The position numbers and the translations under genes were made by a program. Below the pieces are notes generated by a model, which was given only the letters and a program-made list of their open reading frames with translations, was not told the DNA's origin and made no database searches. A stretch of DNA of 64,000 nt from Minisyncoccia bacterium (lineage in GTDB: Bacteria; Patescibacteriota; Minisyncoccia; SW-4-49-11): the NCBI GenBank assembly GCA_044356325.1, contig JBIKWJ010000002.1:24602-88601 (forward strand), given 5' to 3'. Shown one piece after another: positions 47,851 to 58,247 of this stretch. The first letter of the stretch is position 1. The number at the start of each line of letters is the position of its first letter.

Positions 47851-48201
47851 TTATTTAACTAATTCAATTACCGCCATTTTACTCACATCACTTACTCTAA
47901 TAGGAGCTTTGATAATACGAGTATATCCTCCCACTCTTTCTGTATAAGTAGGTGCAATATCTTCAAATAATTTATGAGTTGCACCCTTGGTCAAAAATCT
48001 TAATACATAGCGGCGAGATGCGATAGATCCTTTTTTACTATGAGTTACCATTCTTTCTACAAATGGTTGCAAAGCCTTAGCTTTAGCTTCTGTGGTAGTG
48101 ATAGAACCACGAATAATCAAATCATTAGCAAGACTTCGCAAAAGTGCTTTTCTTTGCTCTCGATTTCGCCCTATTTTATGTAACTTATTTCCCTTATTCA
48201 T
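47851..48201 (-). CDS. rplQ: 50S ribosomal protein L17
   Basis: RKALLRSLANDLIIRGSITTTEAKAKALQPFVERMVT. Confidence 0.9.
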   Translation of the reverse strand: MNKGNKLHKIGRNREQRKALLRSLANDLIIRGSITTTEAKAKALQPFVERMVTHSKKGSIASRRYVLRFLTKGATHKLFEDIAPTYTERVGGYTRIIKAPIRVSDVSKMAVIELVK

Positions 48202-48249
48202 AGTCTTGTGATCCTGTTAATGCACTCAATTGTACCTTATTTATCGCTT

Positions 48250-49182
48250 TTATGCAAGAGTTATATCATGCGCAGCTATTTGGTCTATTAATTTCTTAAT
48301 AGAAGCTGCTGATAATCCCTTGATTTCTAATAAATCAGCTTTAGTAAATTGTGCTAATTGAGCAATATTTTTGATACCTGCTGACTCTAAAGCCTTAATA
48401 GTTTTTTGTGAAATATCAAGAGTTTCAATTTTGATACTTGAAGTTTCGATTTCTGAAGATTCTTGTACCTCCTCCTTTTGAATTGAAGTAGGAGCAATAT
48501 CTCCACTGAGAGCTGAGAACTGTTCTACCAAAATAACTGCTGATTTAGTAATCACATCTACAGGAGCAATAGTTCCATCAGTAGTAATATGGAATACAAT
48601 TCTATTATAATTAGTTTTATCTCCAACTCGAGTATCTTCTACATCATAAGAAACTCTCACCACTGGGGTAAAAATAGAGTCAACCGCAATAAGACCAACT
48701 TCTGCTTGCCCCTCTTGTTCTGCTTCTTTTCTAAATCCAACACCTTTTTCAATCACAAGTTCAATTTCTACCTTTGCGTCCTTATCAGTAAGAGTAAGTA
48801 TAGGAGCTTCTGGATTAACAATAGTTACTCCTCCTGGAAGTTTAATATCTTTTCCTGTCACAACTTTAGCTCCTTGAGCTTTTATAGTAAGAAGTGTAGG
48901 AGAGTCAATTACTGCATTGAATCGTAATGCCTTAATATTAAGAGTAATATCAATTACATCCTCTAAAACATTAGGGATAGTACTAAATTCATGACTTACT
49001 CCTTTAATACTATAATGAGTAACTGCAACTCCTTCTAGGGAAGATAACATAACTCTACGAAGAGAATTAGCAATAGTTACTCCATATCCTGGATTAAGAG
49101 GTTCAATAGCATAGCTTGCTTGAAAAGCATTTACTTCTTTTACGAGTACTGGTGATTTAGGAAGGATGATATGATTAGGCAT
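48250..49182 (-). CDS. rpoA: DNA-directed RNA polymerase subunit alpha
   Basis: IEPLNPGYGVTIANSLRRVMLSSLEG N-terminal domain and a C-terminal domain with the KGLSAASIKKL helix-hairpin-helix. Confidence 0.95.
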   Translation of the reverse strand: MPNHIILPKSPVLVKEVNAFQASYAIEPLNPGYGVTIANSLRRVMLSSLEGVAVTHYSIKGVSHEFSTIPNVLEDVIDITLNIKALRFNAVIDSPTLLTIKAQGAKVVTGKDIKLPGGVTIVNPEAPILTLTDKDAKVEIELVIEKGVGFRKEAEQEGQAEVGLIAVDSIFTPVVRVSYDVEDTRVGDKTNYNRIVFHITTDGTIAPVDVITKSAVILVEQFSALSGDIAPTSIQKEEVQESSEIETSSIKIETLDISQKTIKALESAGIKNIAQLAQFTKADLLEIKGLSAASIKKLIDQIAAHDITLA

Positions 49183-49200
49183 AATTGTATTGGATTATTA

Positions 49201-49800
49201 TTATCGGGAATAATACTGAATCACGAGGGCAATGTCGAAGTTCTGACTGAGCTCCTCAACTCCTGGAGTATGAGCAACTTCTACTTTATGTGCTTTCTTA
49301 TCTAAAGTAAGCCAAGTTGGTAGTTCAGAATCTTTGAGTTTTTCTCGATATTCAGCAACAAGTTTTGATTTAGTTGCTGAGTAAGTAACAATATCTCCAG
49401 GCTTTACGATAAAACTCGCAATAGTAACTTTTTTACCATTCACTAAAATATGTCCATGTAAAATCATTTGTCGAGCTTGTTCTCGGGTAGCAGCCATATG
49501 TGAGCGATATACCACATTATCAAGTCTACTCTCCAAAATACGAAGTAAAGCAGTAGGAGTAGGTTCGGAATCAGCCAAAGCTTTTTCATAAAATCGTCGG
49601 AATTGCTTTTCACGAAGTCCATATACATATTTCACTTTTTGCTTTTCTTGAAGTTGTTTTCCAAATTCGGAAACAGATCGACGTCGCTTAGCTCCATGTA
49701 CTCCAGGAGCTTTAGCTAAACGCTCATCACTAATCTTAACCTCAGGGAAGATTTTTTCTCCAAATTTTCTACAGATTTTAACTTTCTTACGACTATACAT
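49201..49800 (-). CDS. rpsD: 30S ribosomal protein S4
   Basis: RLDNVVYRSHMAATREQARQMILHGHILVNGKKV (S4 domain). Confidence 0.9.
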   Translation of the reverse strand: MYSRKKVKICRKFGEKIFPEVKISDERLAKAPGVHGAKRRRSVSEFGKQLQEKQKVKYVYGLREKQFRRFYEKALADSEPTPTALLRILESRLDNVVYRSHMAATREQARQMILHGHILVNGKKVTIASFIVKPGDIVTYSATKSKLVAEYREKLKDSELPTWLTLDKKAHKVEVAHTPGVEELSQNFDIALVIQYYSR

Positions 49801-49816
49801 ATACTCTTATACTCAA

Positions 49817-50245
49817 TTATACTCTTCTTGGCTTACGGGCACGGGTTCCATTATGAGGAACTGGAGTCAAATCTTTAATAGACAAGATATTTAGTCCAGC
49901 TGCTGCAAGACCTCGAATAGAAGCTTCTCGTCCTGGACCAACACCCTTAATAATAACTTTAATATCCTCAAGTCCAGTTTTCTTTACTTTTTCTACTACC
50001 GTTTTTGCAACAAGAGTAGCCGCATATGGAGTTGCTTTTTTAGCACCTTTGAATCCAAGGGCTCCAGAGGAAGACCATGCAAGAGTATTTCCTGAAAGAT
50101 CAGCTAAAGAAACCATAGTATTATTATATGTAGAAATAATATACCCAATTCCTCGAGATACTTTTTTCTTAGATGAAGTTTCCTTTACCCCGACTTTTAG
50201 TCCAGATGCTGTATCTCCCTTCTGTGCAACGCGCTTCTTTCCCAT
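49817..50245 (-). CDS. rpsK: 30S ribosomal protein S11
   Basis: NNTMVSLADLSGNTLAWSSSGALGFKGAKKATPYAA. Confidence 0.9.
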   Translation of the reverse strand: MGKKRVAQKGDTASGLKVGVKETSSKKKVSRGIGYIISTYNNTMVSLADLSGNTLAWSSSGALGFKGAKKATPYAATLVAKTVVEKVKKTGLEDIKVIIKGVGPGREASIRGLAAAGLNILSIKDLTPVPHNGTRARKPRRV

Positions 50246-50262
50246 AAATACTTATTTAATGA

Positions 50263-50646
50263 TTATGTCTTCTCTACTTTTCGTCGTCCACTACCCATAG
50301 TACGAACAACATTTCCACGAATAGTTCGAGAGTTAGTTTTGGTTCGCCCCTTAATTGGAAGCTTTTTGGCATGCCGACTTCCTCGATATGATCCAATATC
50401 CTTAAGTCTCTTGATATTAGTAGCGACTTCTCTTCGAAGATCTCCTTCAATTTTATAATTTTTTTCAATACACTCTTTTAGTAAAGCAACTTCTTTTTCA
50501 TTTAATTCCTTAGCTTTTTTATAAGGATCAATACCGGTTATAGCTAAAACTTTTTGTGAACGAGTTAACCCAACACCATATATATAGGTGAGCGCAATTT
50601 CAACATTTTTATACTCTGGGATGACAACTCCTGCAATTCTAACCAT
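50263..50646 (-). CDS. rpsM: 30S ribosomal protein S13
   Basis: MVRIAGVVIPEYKNVEIALTYIYGVG...GSYRGSRHAKKLP. Confidence 0.9.
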   Translation of the reverse strand: MVRIAGVVIPEYKNVEIALTYIYGVGLTRSQKVLAITGIDPYKKAKELNEKEVALLKECIEKNYKIEGDLRREVATNIKRLKDIGSYRGSRHAKKLPIKGRTKTNSRTIRGNVVRTMGSGRRKVEKT

Positions 50647-50664
50647 AATTTACTCTATCTTATA

Positions 50665-50781
50665 TTATCCTTGACGTTGCTTATGTCGTGGATTTGCTTC
50701 ACAAATAACACGAATCACTCGCTTTCGCTTAATGACTTTACATTTGATACATCGTTTTTTAACTGAAGCCTGAACTTTCAT
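50665..50781 (-). CDS. rpmJ: 50S ribosomal protein L36
   Basis: The minus-strand translation [38 protein letters not shown] is canonical bL36. Confidence 0.9.
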   Translation of the reverse strand: MKVQASVKKRCIKCKVIKRKRVIRVICEANPRHKQRQG

Positions 50782-50789
50782 ATAATATC

Positions 50790-51023
50790 CTAATTCCTTC
50801 TAGTAATTCTTCCTTGCGCGAGATTATAAGCACTCAGTTCTACGGTAACCTTATCTCCCGGCAATACTTTGATATAATGCATACGCATTTTTCCCGAAAG
50901 ATGGGCTAATATCTCTGAATTGTTTTCCAGTATAACACGAAAGGTTGTATTTGGCAATACCTCACTGACAACTCCTTCTTGTATAAGAAGGTTTTTTTCG
51001 TTCAAATCCTGGCTTTCGGGCAT
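50790..51023 (-). CDS. infA: Translation initiation factor IF-1
   Basis: [57 protein letters not shown]. Confidence 0.9.
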   Translation of the reverse strand: MPESQDLNEKNLLIQEGVVSEVLPNTTFRVILENNSEILAHLSGKMRMHYIKVLPGDKVTVELSAYNLAQGRITRRN

Positions 51024-51059
51024 AGGGTGTAATAACTCTATATCAATAATCTATTCACT

Positions 51060-51088
51060 AGTATATGACAATTTTCTTATCTTGTCAA
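51060..51088 (-). promoter_or_regulatory. Consensus sigma70 promoter for infA and the ribosomal cluster
   Basis: On the minus strand: TTGACA, a 17-nt spacer (agataagaaaattgtca), then TATACT, about 35 nt upstream of the infA start. Confidence 0.55.
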
Positions 51089-51596
51089 TATTATATTATA
51101 AATATCAAAAATTATCTTGGTATTGCGCTAATTTAATCAATTACCAATAGTTTTAAAGGCAAACTCTATCAAAAATATTCTTATATAATTTAAGTATGGA
51201 TAATTACTATAAAAACAAAATACTCTTCCTTCACCTTCTTGACTCTGTTAGTGCAAAGGGGGGTAAGAGTATTTTATTTTGCTCTATTTCTGACAACCTC
51301 GTGGTATATATAGAGTTTGCCAGAAAATAGATATTCTTTTCTAATCTTTGGCTAACGCCTTTTTATTTTTGCCAAAGGTGCTATTGTGTTTGGGACTTTG
51401 TTTTTATATTACTTAAACGATTATTAGTTTGGGTTTTTGTTTATGATTGTAAAGATTAGAGCAAGAATTCAATCACAAGTATATATATAACTAAGGACTA
51501 ATATGTACCAATACTTGTGATTGTATGATTACTCTATACCTCACTCTTGTATTCTATCAGTTTAATTATATACACACTAGAGGACTTATCCACAAT

Positions 51597-52784
51597 TTAT
51601 TTAATTTGGTCCAAAAGATATTTCATTGAAGTCTGTGATGAGGCTATTACAATGTAATTTTCTAAACTTGACACATCAGCTGAATCGGTTGGAGAAGTAT
51701 AATTATAATAATAATTATTATAAACTTTTCCTGCAGAATTAGTTATAGTTGTTGTTTTGATTTCTGGGTTATTTACAATTCGTGAAGGAGAATTGAGTGA
51801 AAATGAAGACAAATCACGAGGTATTGCAGTAGACCAATTATCCACAAGAGTCTTTGCTGTTTGACCTGTCTTCAGTTGAATTGTTGCCGTTAATTTATAT
51901 ATACCTTCTTGATTATAACCATATAGCCAATATTCTATAGCATTGTCAGTAATAGTTTTAGGAATAGTTAGCCCAAAAGCTGTAGAAATATCAGTCAATG
52001 AAACTTTTTTCCCATCTTTGGTTAAATTTAACTCTATAAATGGAGCTTTTTGCGTATTCAGACTTGTAGCAATGGTTTTACGTATTGGTTCAGTATCATT
52101 AAAAGCTATATCACTTTTTGTAATACCCGTAAATAATGGTTTAGTGACAACTGTTGGGTTTGGAGCTGTTGTAGGAGTATTGGGTTTTGGCTTATCATTG
52201 GTCTGGGTAGGCTTTGCTGGAGTTGAACGAGTAGTATAAAAGTACACACCGATTCCAATCAGGCCCAACAATACTATCGCCACCGATCCCGTTATAATAG
52301 TTTTACGAGATAATTTTAGAGGAGGTTTTTTAGAATTAGTATTATCACTTCCTCCGAACACATCTGCCGGATTAGTACCTGGCTGAAATTTTGCCTTAAA
52401 TTCAGGAATATTTCCAAGAGGAGGTGTTGAGTTTGAAGATTTTGATGAGTTATTTTTTGGACTAACATTTTGAACGAGTGACAAATTAATCGACTCATCC
52501 AAAGCTGAAACATTTAACTTTACTCCAGATTCATTCTGTTCATTATTAGGATTAATTGATTCTGGAATATCTTGCTTTATTTCATTAAGATCTAGGGAAG
52601 ATAAACTTGGTTTAACTGAAGGTGAGACTGGAGGAGTGGTGACAGGGGGCTCAGAGGTAGGTCGTGCTTGTACAAAATTACCAGCTTGCTGTAATCTATC
52701 TTGTGGATTGGTATTATTCAAATCTAAGTCTGTTTTTAGAGTTCTTAATGTTCCTGGAATTGTATTTTGATTTTGATCGGGCAT
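51597..52784 (-). CDS. Hypothetical Pro/Thr-rich single-TM protein (395 aa)
   Basis: Low-complexity N-terminal half, one TM helix (IITGSVAIVLLGLIGIGVYFY) and a C-terminal extracytoplasmic domain. Confidence 0.45.
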   Translation of the reverse strand: MPDQNQNTIPGTLRTLKTDLDLNNTNPQDRLQQAGNFVQARPTSEPPVTTPPVSPSVKPSLSSLDLNEIKQDIPESINPNNEQNESGVKLNVSALDESINLSLVQNVSPKNNSSKSSNSTPPLGNIPEFKAKFQPGTNPADVFGGSDNTNSKKPPLKLSRKTIITGSVAIVLLGLIGIGVYFYTTRSTPAKPTQTNDKPKPNTPTTAPNPTVVTKPLFTGITKSDIAFNDTEPIRKTIATSLNTQKAPFIELNLTKDGKKVSLTDISTAFGLTIPKTITDNAIEYWLYGYNQEGIYKLTATIQLKTGQTAKTLVDNWSTAIPRDLSSFSLNSPSRIVNNPEIKTTTITNSAGKVYNNYYYNYTSPTDSADVSSLENYIVIASSQTSMKYLLDQIK

Positions 52785-52805
52785 AATTGTATATTTATCA
52801 GTTTA

Positions 52806-54866
52806 TTATTCAGTATAGGGAATAAGACTTATTTTTCCTTCAGCATCTACTTTTTTGATTTTTACTCGTATACTCTGATGTAATTCTAACACATCTTCCA
52901 CATTATTAACATGTTCTTTAGATAATTCTGAAATGTGGATAAGTCCATCTATTCCTGGCTTTATCGATACAAAGGCTCCAAATGGCATAATTTTTACTAC
53001 CCTTCCCTCAAATATTTCTCCTTCTTGTGGCTCATATACCAAATCCTTTATCCACTCTTTAGCTCGAATCACCTGAGTTGCATCTTGACCAGTAATAAAT
53101 ACTTGCCCATCATCTTCTATATCAATTTTTACTCCCGTCTCATCAATAATACCATTAATAATTTTACCTCCGGTCCCAATAACTTCTCCAATTTTCTTGG
53201 GGTTAATTGCAAAGGTTTCAATTTTAGGAGCATATTCTGAAACTTGATTACGAGCTTCTGCAATCACACTCTTTAGCGTGTCAAGAATGGTAAGCCTAGC
53301 TATTTTAGCTTTTTCCAAAGCCTCTTTTATCATAGCAATAGACATACCCTGCCCCTTAATATCCATTTGTATTGCATTAACTCCATTATGCGTTCCTGCG
53401 ACTTTAAAGTCCATTTCTCCAAAATGATCTTCTGGCCCCTGTATATCTGTTAAAATCTTATATTTACCATTTTGCTCTACAATACCCATAGCAATTCCAG
53501 CTACAGGAGCTATTATAGGAACACCTGCTGCCAAAAGAACTAAGGTTGAAGAACATACACTTGCCATAGAAGATGATCCATTAGACCCTAATACTTCAGT
53601 GACAATACGAATAGTATATGGAAAATCAGCTACAGAGGGCAATACTCCTTCCAGAGCCTTCTCAGCCAAAGCTCCATGACCTATTTCACGGCGACCGGGT
53701 CCACGAAGCTGCCTCACCTCTCCCACAGAAAAAGGGGGGAAATTATAATGATGCATAAATCGCTTTTTGATTTCATCTTTCATCTCATCAATAATTTGAG
53801 CCTCCCCTGGAGAACCCAAAGTCAAAATAGATAATGTTTGTGTAGTTCCACGATTGAATAGCCCTGACCCATGCACTCGAGGTAATATATCAATTTCTCC
53901 ACTTAATTCTCTGAGCTGATCTATAGATCTTCCATCGGGACGTTTTTCTTGTTCAATAATATTCTGCTTAAATATAGCATCTAATTCTTTATCCAAAGTA
54001 TGCTCTACCAAATCTCTATGATCAGGATAAGCCTGATTGAGTTCAGTTAGCAATATATGATGAGCTTGTTTGGTAGAAGGAGTATCCCCATACAAAGCAG
54101 AGTCTAATTTCCCTTGCACAAGAGACTTAATCCCCTCTATAATCTCATTATTCGATTCCGAGACAGAAACCTCTCTTTTGGACTTACCAATCTCAGCAAT
54201 AATAGTATTCTGGAAATCTATTATTTTTTTAATTTCTGGAGTCACTACTTCAAAAGCTTTTAGTATAGTCTCTTCAGGAATTTGCTTCCCTCCAAACTCC
54301 ATCATCACCAATCTCTCATCAGCATTAAGCGTAATAATAGTATCAAAGTCTCCTTCTTCCCTTTCATCAAATGAAGGGTTAACAATTATCTCTCCATTTT
54401 GCTGCCCTACTCTCAAGCCCGCAACAGGACCATTCCACGGAATATCTGATATAGACAAAGCCAGAGACGCTCCAAATAAAGCAACTGCATCAGGATCATT
54501 TCTTTCATCCAAAGATAATGTTGTTACAATAACTTGTATCTCATTACGAATTGATTGATCAAAAAAAGGTCTTATAGCCCGGTCCACAAGACGCCCAGTC
54601 AATATAGACTCATCGCTCGGTCTTCCCTCACGCTTTACAAAACGACTTCCCTTGATTTTACCATTAGCATAAAACTTTTCCTGATAATCAACAAAAAGGG
54701 GTAAATAATTAGAACTTACTGGTTTAGCCGACATTACAACAGTTACTAATACCGTTGTCTCTCCTAGAGAAACCAAAACAGAACCATCGGCTTGATTCGC
54801 TAATTTACCCGTTTCTACTTTTAGTATTTGTCCAGCTATTTGCGTTTGATATGTTTTGAAACTCAT
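52806..54866 (-). CDS. pnp: Polyribonucleotide nucleotidyltransferase (PNPase)
   Basis: 686 aa with two RNase PH domains plus KH and S1 domains (GEIFEGRVVKIMPFGAFVSI...). Confidence 0.95.
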   Translation of the reverse strand: MSFKTYQTQIAGQILKVETGKLANQADGSVLVSLGETTVLVTVVMSAKPVSSNYLPLFVDYQEKFYANGKIKGSRFVKREGRPSDESILTGRLVDRAIRPFFDQSIRNEIQVIVTTLSLDERNDPDAVALFGASLALSISDIPWNGPVAGLRVGQQNGEIIVNPSFDEREEGDFDTIITLNADERLVMMEFGGKQIPEETILKAFEVVTPEIKKIIDFQNTIIAEIGKSKREVSVSESNNEIIEGIKSLVQGKLDSALYGDTPSTKQAHHILLTELNQAYPDHRDLVEHTLDKELDAIFKQNIIEQEKRPDGRSIDQLRELSGEIDILPRVHGSGLFNRGTTQTLSILTLGSPGEAQIIDEMKDEIKKRFMHHYNFPPFSVGEVRQLRGPGRREIGHGALAEKALEGVLPSVADFPYTIRIVTEVLGSNGSSSMASVCSSTLVLLAAGVPIIAPVAGIAMGIVEQNGKYKILTDIQGPEDHFGEMDFKVAGTHNGVNAIQMDIKGQGMSIAMIKEALEKAKIARLTILDTLKSVIAEARNQVSEYAPKIETFAINPKKIGEVIGTGGKIINGIIDETGVKIDIEDDGQVFITGQDATQVIRAKEWIKDLVYEPQEGEIFEGRVVKIMPFGAFVSIKPGIDGLIHISELSKEHVNNVEDVLELHQSIRVKIKKVDAEGKISLIPYTE

Positions 54867-54881
54867 ATATATAGGGTGAGC

Positions 54882-55157
54882 TTATGCTCGAAGCCCAAGT
54901 TCTTTGACAATTATCTCAAAGGCCTTGAGGTCGGTTTTTTTTAGATAAGATAATAGTTTCTTTCTTTGAGAAACAAGATGAATAAGTCCTCTTCGAGAGT
55001 GAAAATCTTTTCGATTTACTTTTAAATGCTCAGTTAGATATAAAATTCTCTCTGTGATTAAAGCAATTTGTACAGAAGTAGAACCATTATCAGTTTTATG
55101 ACTTTGGAATTTTTCAATAATCTGCTCTTTTGAGGCTGCATTTAACATAATTAACAC
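54882..55157 (-). CDS. rpsO: 30S ribosomal protein S15
   Basis: GSTSVQIALITERILYLTEHLKVNRKDFHSRRGL. Confidence 0.9.
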   Translation of the reverse strand: MLIMLNAASKEQIIEKFQSHKTDNGSTSVQIALITERILYLTEHLKVNRKDFHSRRGLIHLVSQRKKLLSYLKKTDLKAFEIIVKELGLRA

Positions 55158-55261
55158 CTATTAAACTTAGTAATTACCTTTATAATAGCATAGTTTTAGT
55201 CTTATTGCAAGAGTTGGGGTAGTGTAGTTATATATTATTATATTATGTGGGGGAGCCAGAA

Positions 55262-55378
55262 AAATTGTCCTCCTTTCTACCTACGGCAGATAGATGGAGG
55301 AGGTGGCACAGAGTGCCGGAGGTGGATTTTTCTCTAGTTGATTTTAGCTAGGCGACTGAAAAGTCACCCCTACGAGAC
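55262..55378. repeat. GC-rich hairpin repeat modules
   Basis: ttgtcctcctttctacctacggcagatagatggaggaggtggcacagagtgccggaggtggat and ggcgactgaaaagtcacccctacgag. Confidence 0.75.
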
Positions 55379-55436
55379 TTATAAGACATATAAACTAAAA
55401 ACTCCCCGAAGGGAGTTTTTAGTGCTGTGATCTATA

Positions 55437-55991
55437 TTATTTAGACCACTTAGACTTGCTGGCATTCCATGCTCCAATACCTCCACGAGAGATTTTGAAA
55501 GCCATGGCCTCAACATTGGTCTTAGCGTCAAACGGGGTTACCCATTCATGACCCATTTGTCTTAAAGTTCCAGCCCAAGTTCCTCGAATAAACTGTCCAC
55601 AACCAGAAGCTGTAGAGTTTTTATTCTTAGCAAGAGCATTTCCACCAGACTCAGCTTTGATAATTCGAGTCATAAGATCAGCATCAACACCATATTTTTG
55701 GGACATCTCAGGCACATAGTCGAAACATGAACCCTGAGCAGGAATATTTTGTAATTCTGCTTCAACAGAAGCAAAATAAGATTTTTGGGTCTGTACAGTA
55801 ACTTGTTTTACAGCCAACCCTACGGGTTTTGGAGTAATAACTGTTTCAGTTGAATTAACTCCATGTAAAACAGAGATTTGAGACTCGGTATACGAGTTAT
55901 CAATGACAGCTTGTTGATCAGCAGGAACAACTCCTGTAGCACCAACAATTAAGGCCATTGTAATATATAATGTATCCATCAAATAGGACAA
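55437..55991 (-). CDS. Secreted lytic-transglycosylase-like (SLT-domain) protein
   Basis: N-terminal signal/TM segment and an IIKAESGGNALAKNKNSTASGCGQFIRGTW region resembling the SLT catalytic ES...A.S..GA.GLMQ motif. Confidence 0.5.
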   Translation of the reverse strand: MSYLMDTLYITMALIVGATGVVPADQQAVIDNSYTESQISVLHGVNSTETVITPKPVGLAVKQVTVQTQKSYFASVEAELQNIPAQGSCFDYVPEMSQKYGVDADLMTRIIKAESGGNALAKNKNSTASGCGQFIRGTWAGTLRQMGHEWVTPFDAKTNVEAMAFKISRGGIGAWNASKSKWSK

Positions 55992-56124
55992 CCAATAATC
56001 ACTCCCAAGACTCTAATCATAAACAGGGTAAACATAGATAAATCTAGTCTTATCCTTGAGAGATGAACAAGAGTATAGCATATAATTGACAAAAAGTCAA
56101 TACTTATAGTAGAATAGTACCATT

Positions 56125-56208
56125 GCCGAGGTGGTGGAATTGGTAGACACGCATGCCTTAGGAGCATGTGCTTATAGCGTGGGGGTTCAAGTCCTCTCCT
56201 CGGCACCA
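56125..56208 (+). tRNA. tRNA-Leu(UAG), class II with long variable arm, CCA encoded
   Basis: GCCGAGGTGGTGGAATTGGTAGACACGCATGCCTTAGGAGCATGTGCTTATAGCGTGGGGGTTCAAGTCCTCTCCTCGGCACCA. The anticodon loop CTTAGGA gives anticodon UAG. Confidence 0.85.
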
Positions 56209-56285
56209 GAGAAAAGAAGAGATTTTATTCCTTCTCTTTTTATTTTATAGATAAGAAAAAACCCCAGTAATACTGGGGTTAGAGA

Positions 56286-56783
56286 TTAGGTAAAGATTAT
56301 TTCTGATGCGATTGCTATTTCCCAGACTACCAAAACAATAAAATAAATGCATATAACTGAAAATATAACTTTCAATATATTCTGAAATACATCTGGGAAA
56401 TCTTTCCATGTATCTGCATCAAACAACCACACAACAATAGTTAGGGCTTTTAAAGTATTATTTATCAACATTACTGATAACAGTGGATCTATAAAATCGA
56501 GAAAAAGATACCCATTGTCTATATTATCTTTTTCAAGCACTATAATACTAGTAACTGTTATTTCCCAAACTATAAAGATTAAAAAATATAAAATTGTACC
56601 CAATATTGTGGATTTTCTTTTTTCATCCAAAACAGACCACTTATCTTGATTGAAAATTGATATTGATAAGATAAATGCTAAAAAAACTATATCCGTCACC
56701 AGCATCACAGATAGAAATGGATCGATAGCCTGAATAAAGATGTCGGGATTGTTCATGGGATGTACAATGTGCGCAGAAAACAT
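56286..56783 (-). CDS. Hypothetical membrane protein with an internal duplication (165 aa)
   Basis: The two halves share IDPFLSVMLVTD...WEITVTS and IDPLLSVMLINN...WEIAIAS. Confidence 0.4.
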   Translation of the reverse strand: MFSAHIVHPMNNPDIFIQAIDPFLSVMLVTDIVFLAFILSISIFNQDKWSVLDEKRKSTILGTILYFLIFIVWEITVTSIIVLEKDNIDNGYLFLDFIDPLLSVMLINNTLKALTIVVWLFDADTWKDFPDVFQNILKVIFSVICIYFIVLVVWEIAIASEIIFT

Positions 56784-56827
56784 ATAAAAAATATCACATT
56801 CAATTATTATTGTCTAGTTTTTGTCTT

Positions 56828-56985
56828 AGGGGCGACCTTTCAGTCGACTAGACACACCCACCAGAGAAAAGTCCACCCTCCGGCATTCCGTACCCCCCCT
56901 CCTAAACAAAGCATGGGAGGGACTTAAAGCCCTCAATTTATCTGCCCACCTACGGTAGGTAAACCGTAGGGAGAGAGGGGAACTT
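56828..56985. repeat. GC-rich hairpin repeat modules
   Basis: ggggcgacctttcagtcgac, gggagggacttaaagccctc and cccacctacggtaggtaaaccgtagggagagagggg. Confidence 0.75.
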
Positions 56986-57058
56986 TAGAACACTTCCACT
57001 TCTTGCTTTTTTATCAAAATTTCTTTATACTAAATATAATATTGGAGAAAATACTGAC

Positions 57059-57787
57059 ATGAGTACAAAAAAATTAATTCAGGTAGATAGTGTTACCAAA
57101 TATTTTAATCTTCAGAGTAAAAATACTAGCCGCTCTGGCGGGCAAATGGATGGATTTCAATCATTCAAAAATACTATTAATCCTGTGCTCAAGGATATAA
57201 CTCTTGATATTAATCAAGGAGAATGGATTGGTATTATTGGAAAAAATGGGAGTGGAAAAAGTACTTTTCTTAAACTTTTGGCTGGAGTACATAGTCCTGA
57301 CAAAGGAAATATCAATATAGAAGGCTCAGTACTGCCTTTTTTTGGACCTGATGAAATGCTACATCCTGAAGGAAGAGCTGAGGATGCCGTTCTTGTGAAA
57401 GCCCTTCAAGTTGGACTTCCTCGTGAAGATGCAGCTAAAATCTATACAAATATAGTTAATTTTTCTGAGCTTCATGATTATACTTCTCAAAAAATTAAAT
57501 TTCTCTCTACTGGGATGAAAACCCGTTTAATTCTTGGCCTTATTTTGAATATTAATGCAGATATTTATCTTTTTGATGAAATTCCAGCTACTACTGATGC
57601 TAATTTTCAAGTAAAAGTGAATAATAGACTACAAAGACTCAAGAAAATGGGTAAAACAGCTATTATTGTTAGCCATAATATGGACGAAATTCGCCAACAT
57701 TGCAACAAATGTATACTATTACACAAAGGAGAACTAATCGCCTATGATGATACGACAACTATTTTGAAATTATATAATCAAATGTAA
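57059..57787 (+). CDS. ABC transporter ATP-binding protein (orphan; no permease gene adjacent)
   Basis: Walker A GKNGSGKSTFL, signature LSTGMKTRL, Walker B IYLFDE. Confidence 0.8.
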   Translation: MSTKKLIQVDSVTKYFNLQSKNTSRSGGQMDGFQSFKNTINPVLKDITLDINQGEWIGIIGKNGSGKSTFLKLLAGVHSPDKGNINIEGSVLPFFGPDEMLHPEGRAEDAVLVKALQVGLPREDAAKIYTNIVNFSELHDYTSQKIKFLSTGMKTRLILGLILNINADIYLFDEIPATTDANFQVKVNNRLQRLKKMGKTAIIVSHNMDEIRQHCNKCILLHKGELIAYDDTTTILKLYNQM

Positions 57788-57794
57788 TCAGGAT

Positions 57795-58247
57795 TTAATC
57801 CTGTAATAATTTGTCGATTTCGTGACGGAATCCTTTAATAGTACGAAAATCTCGATAAATAGATGCAAATCTAATATAAGCAACTTCATCAAACATTTTG
57901 AGATGCTTTAAAACGGTATCTCCAATTTGCTTAGTTGAAATTTCTTTGGGATCTTTTTTGAATAAATCTACTTCAATTTTAAGGATAAAGTCTCTAATTT
58001 TATCTTGAGTAAAAGGTCTTTTATGTAGCGAAATTGAAACTGCTTTTAGGAGTTTTTCGGTACTATATCGCTCTTTTATCTCTGATTTTTTGACTACCAT
58101 TACATCGAGTACTTCTCTTGTCTCAGCAGTAGTAAACCGATAATTACATTGTTCACAAATTCGACGGCGCCTGACAATGAGAGAATCTCGAGATATACGA
58201 GAATCTACAATACGAGTATCTATATGTGAGCAGTGGGGACATTTCAT
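57795..58247 (-). CDS. nrdR: Transcriptional repressor NrdR
   Basis: MKCPHCSHIDTRIVDSR...CEQCNYRFTTAE zinc ribbon plus an ATP-cone domain. Confidence 0.9.
   Translation of the reverse strand: MKCPHCSHIDTRIVDSRISRDSLIVRRRRICEQCNYRFTTAETREVLDVMVVKKSEIKERYSTEKLLKAVSISLHKRPFTQDKIRDFILKIEVDLFKKDPKEISTKQIGDTVLKHLKMFDEVAYIRFASIYRDFRTIKGFRHEIDKLLQD

Noticed and set aside
56209-56250. Possible terminator after tRNA-Leu (gaaaagaagag...cttctcttttt)
   Set aside because: The stem is imperfect (ctcttctt versus cttctctt), so it is not reported as a feature.
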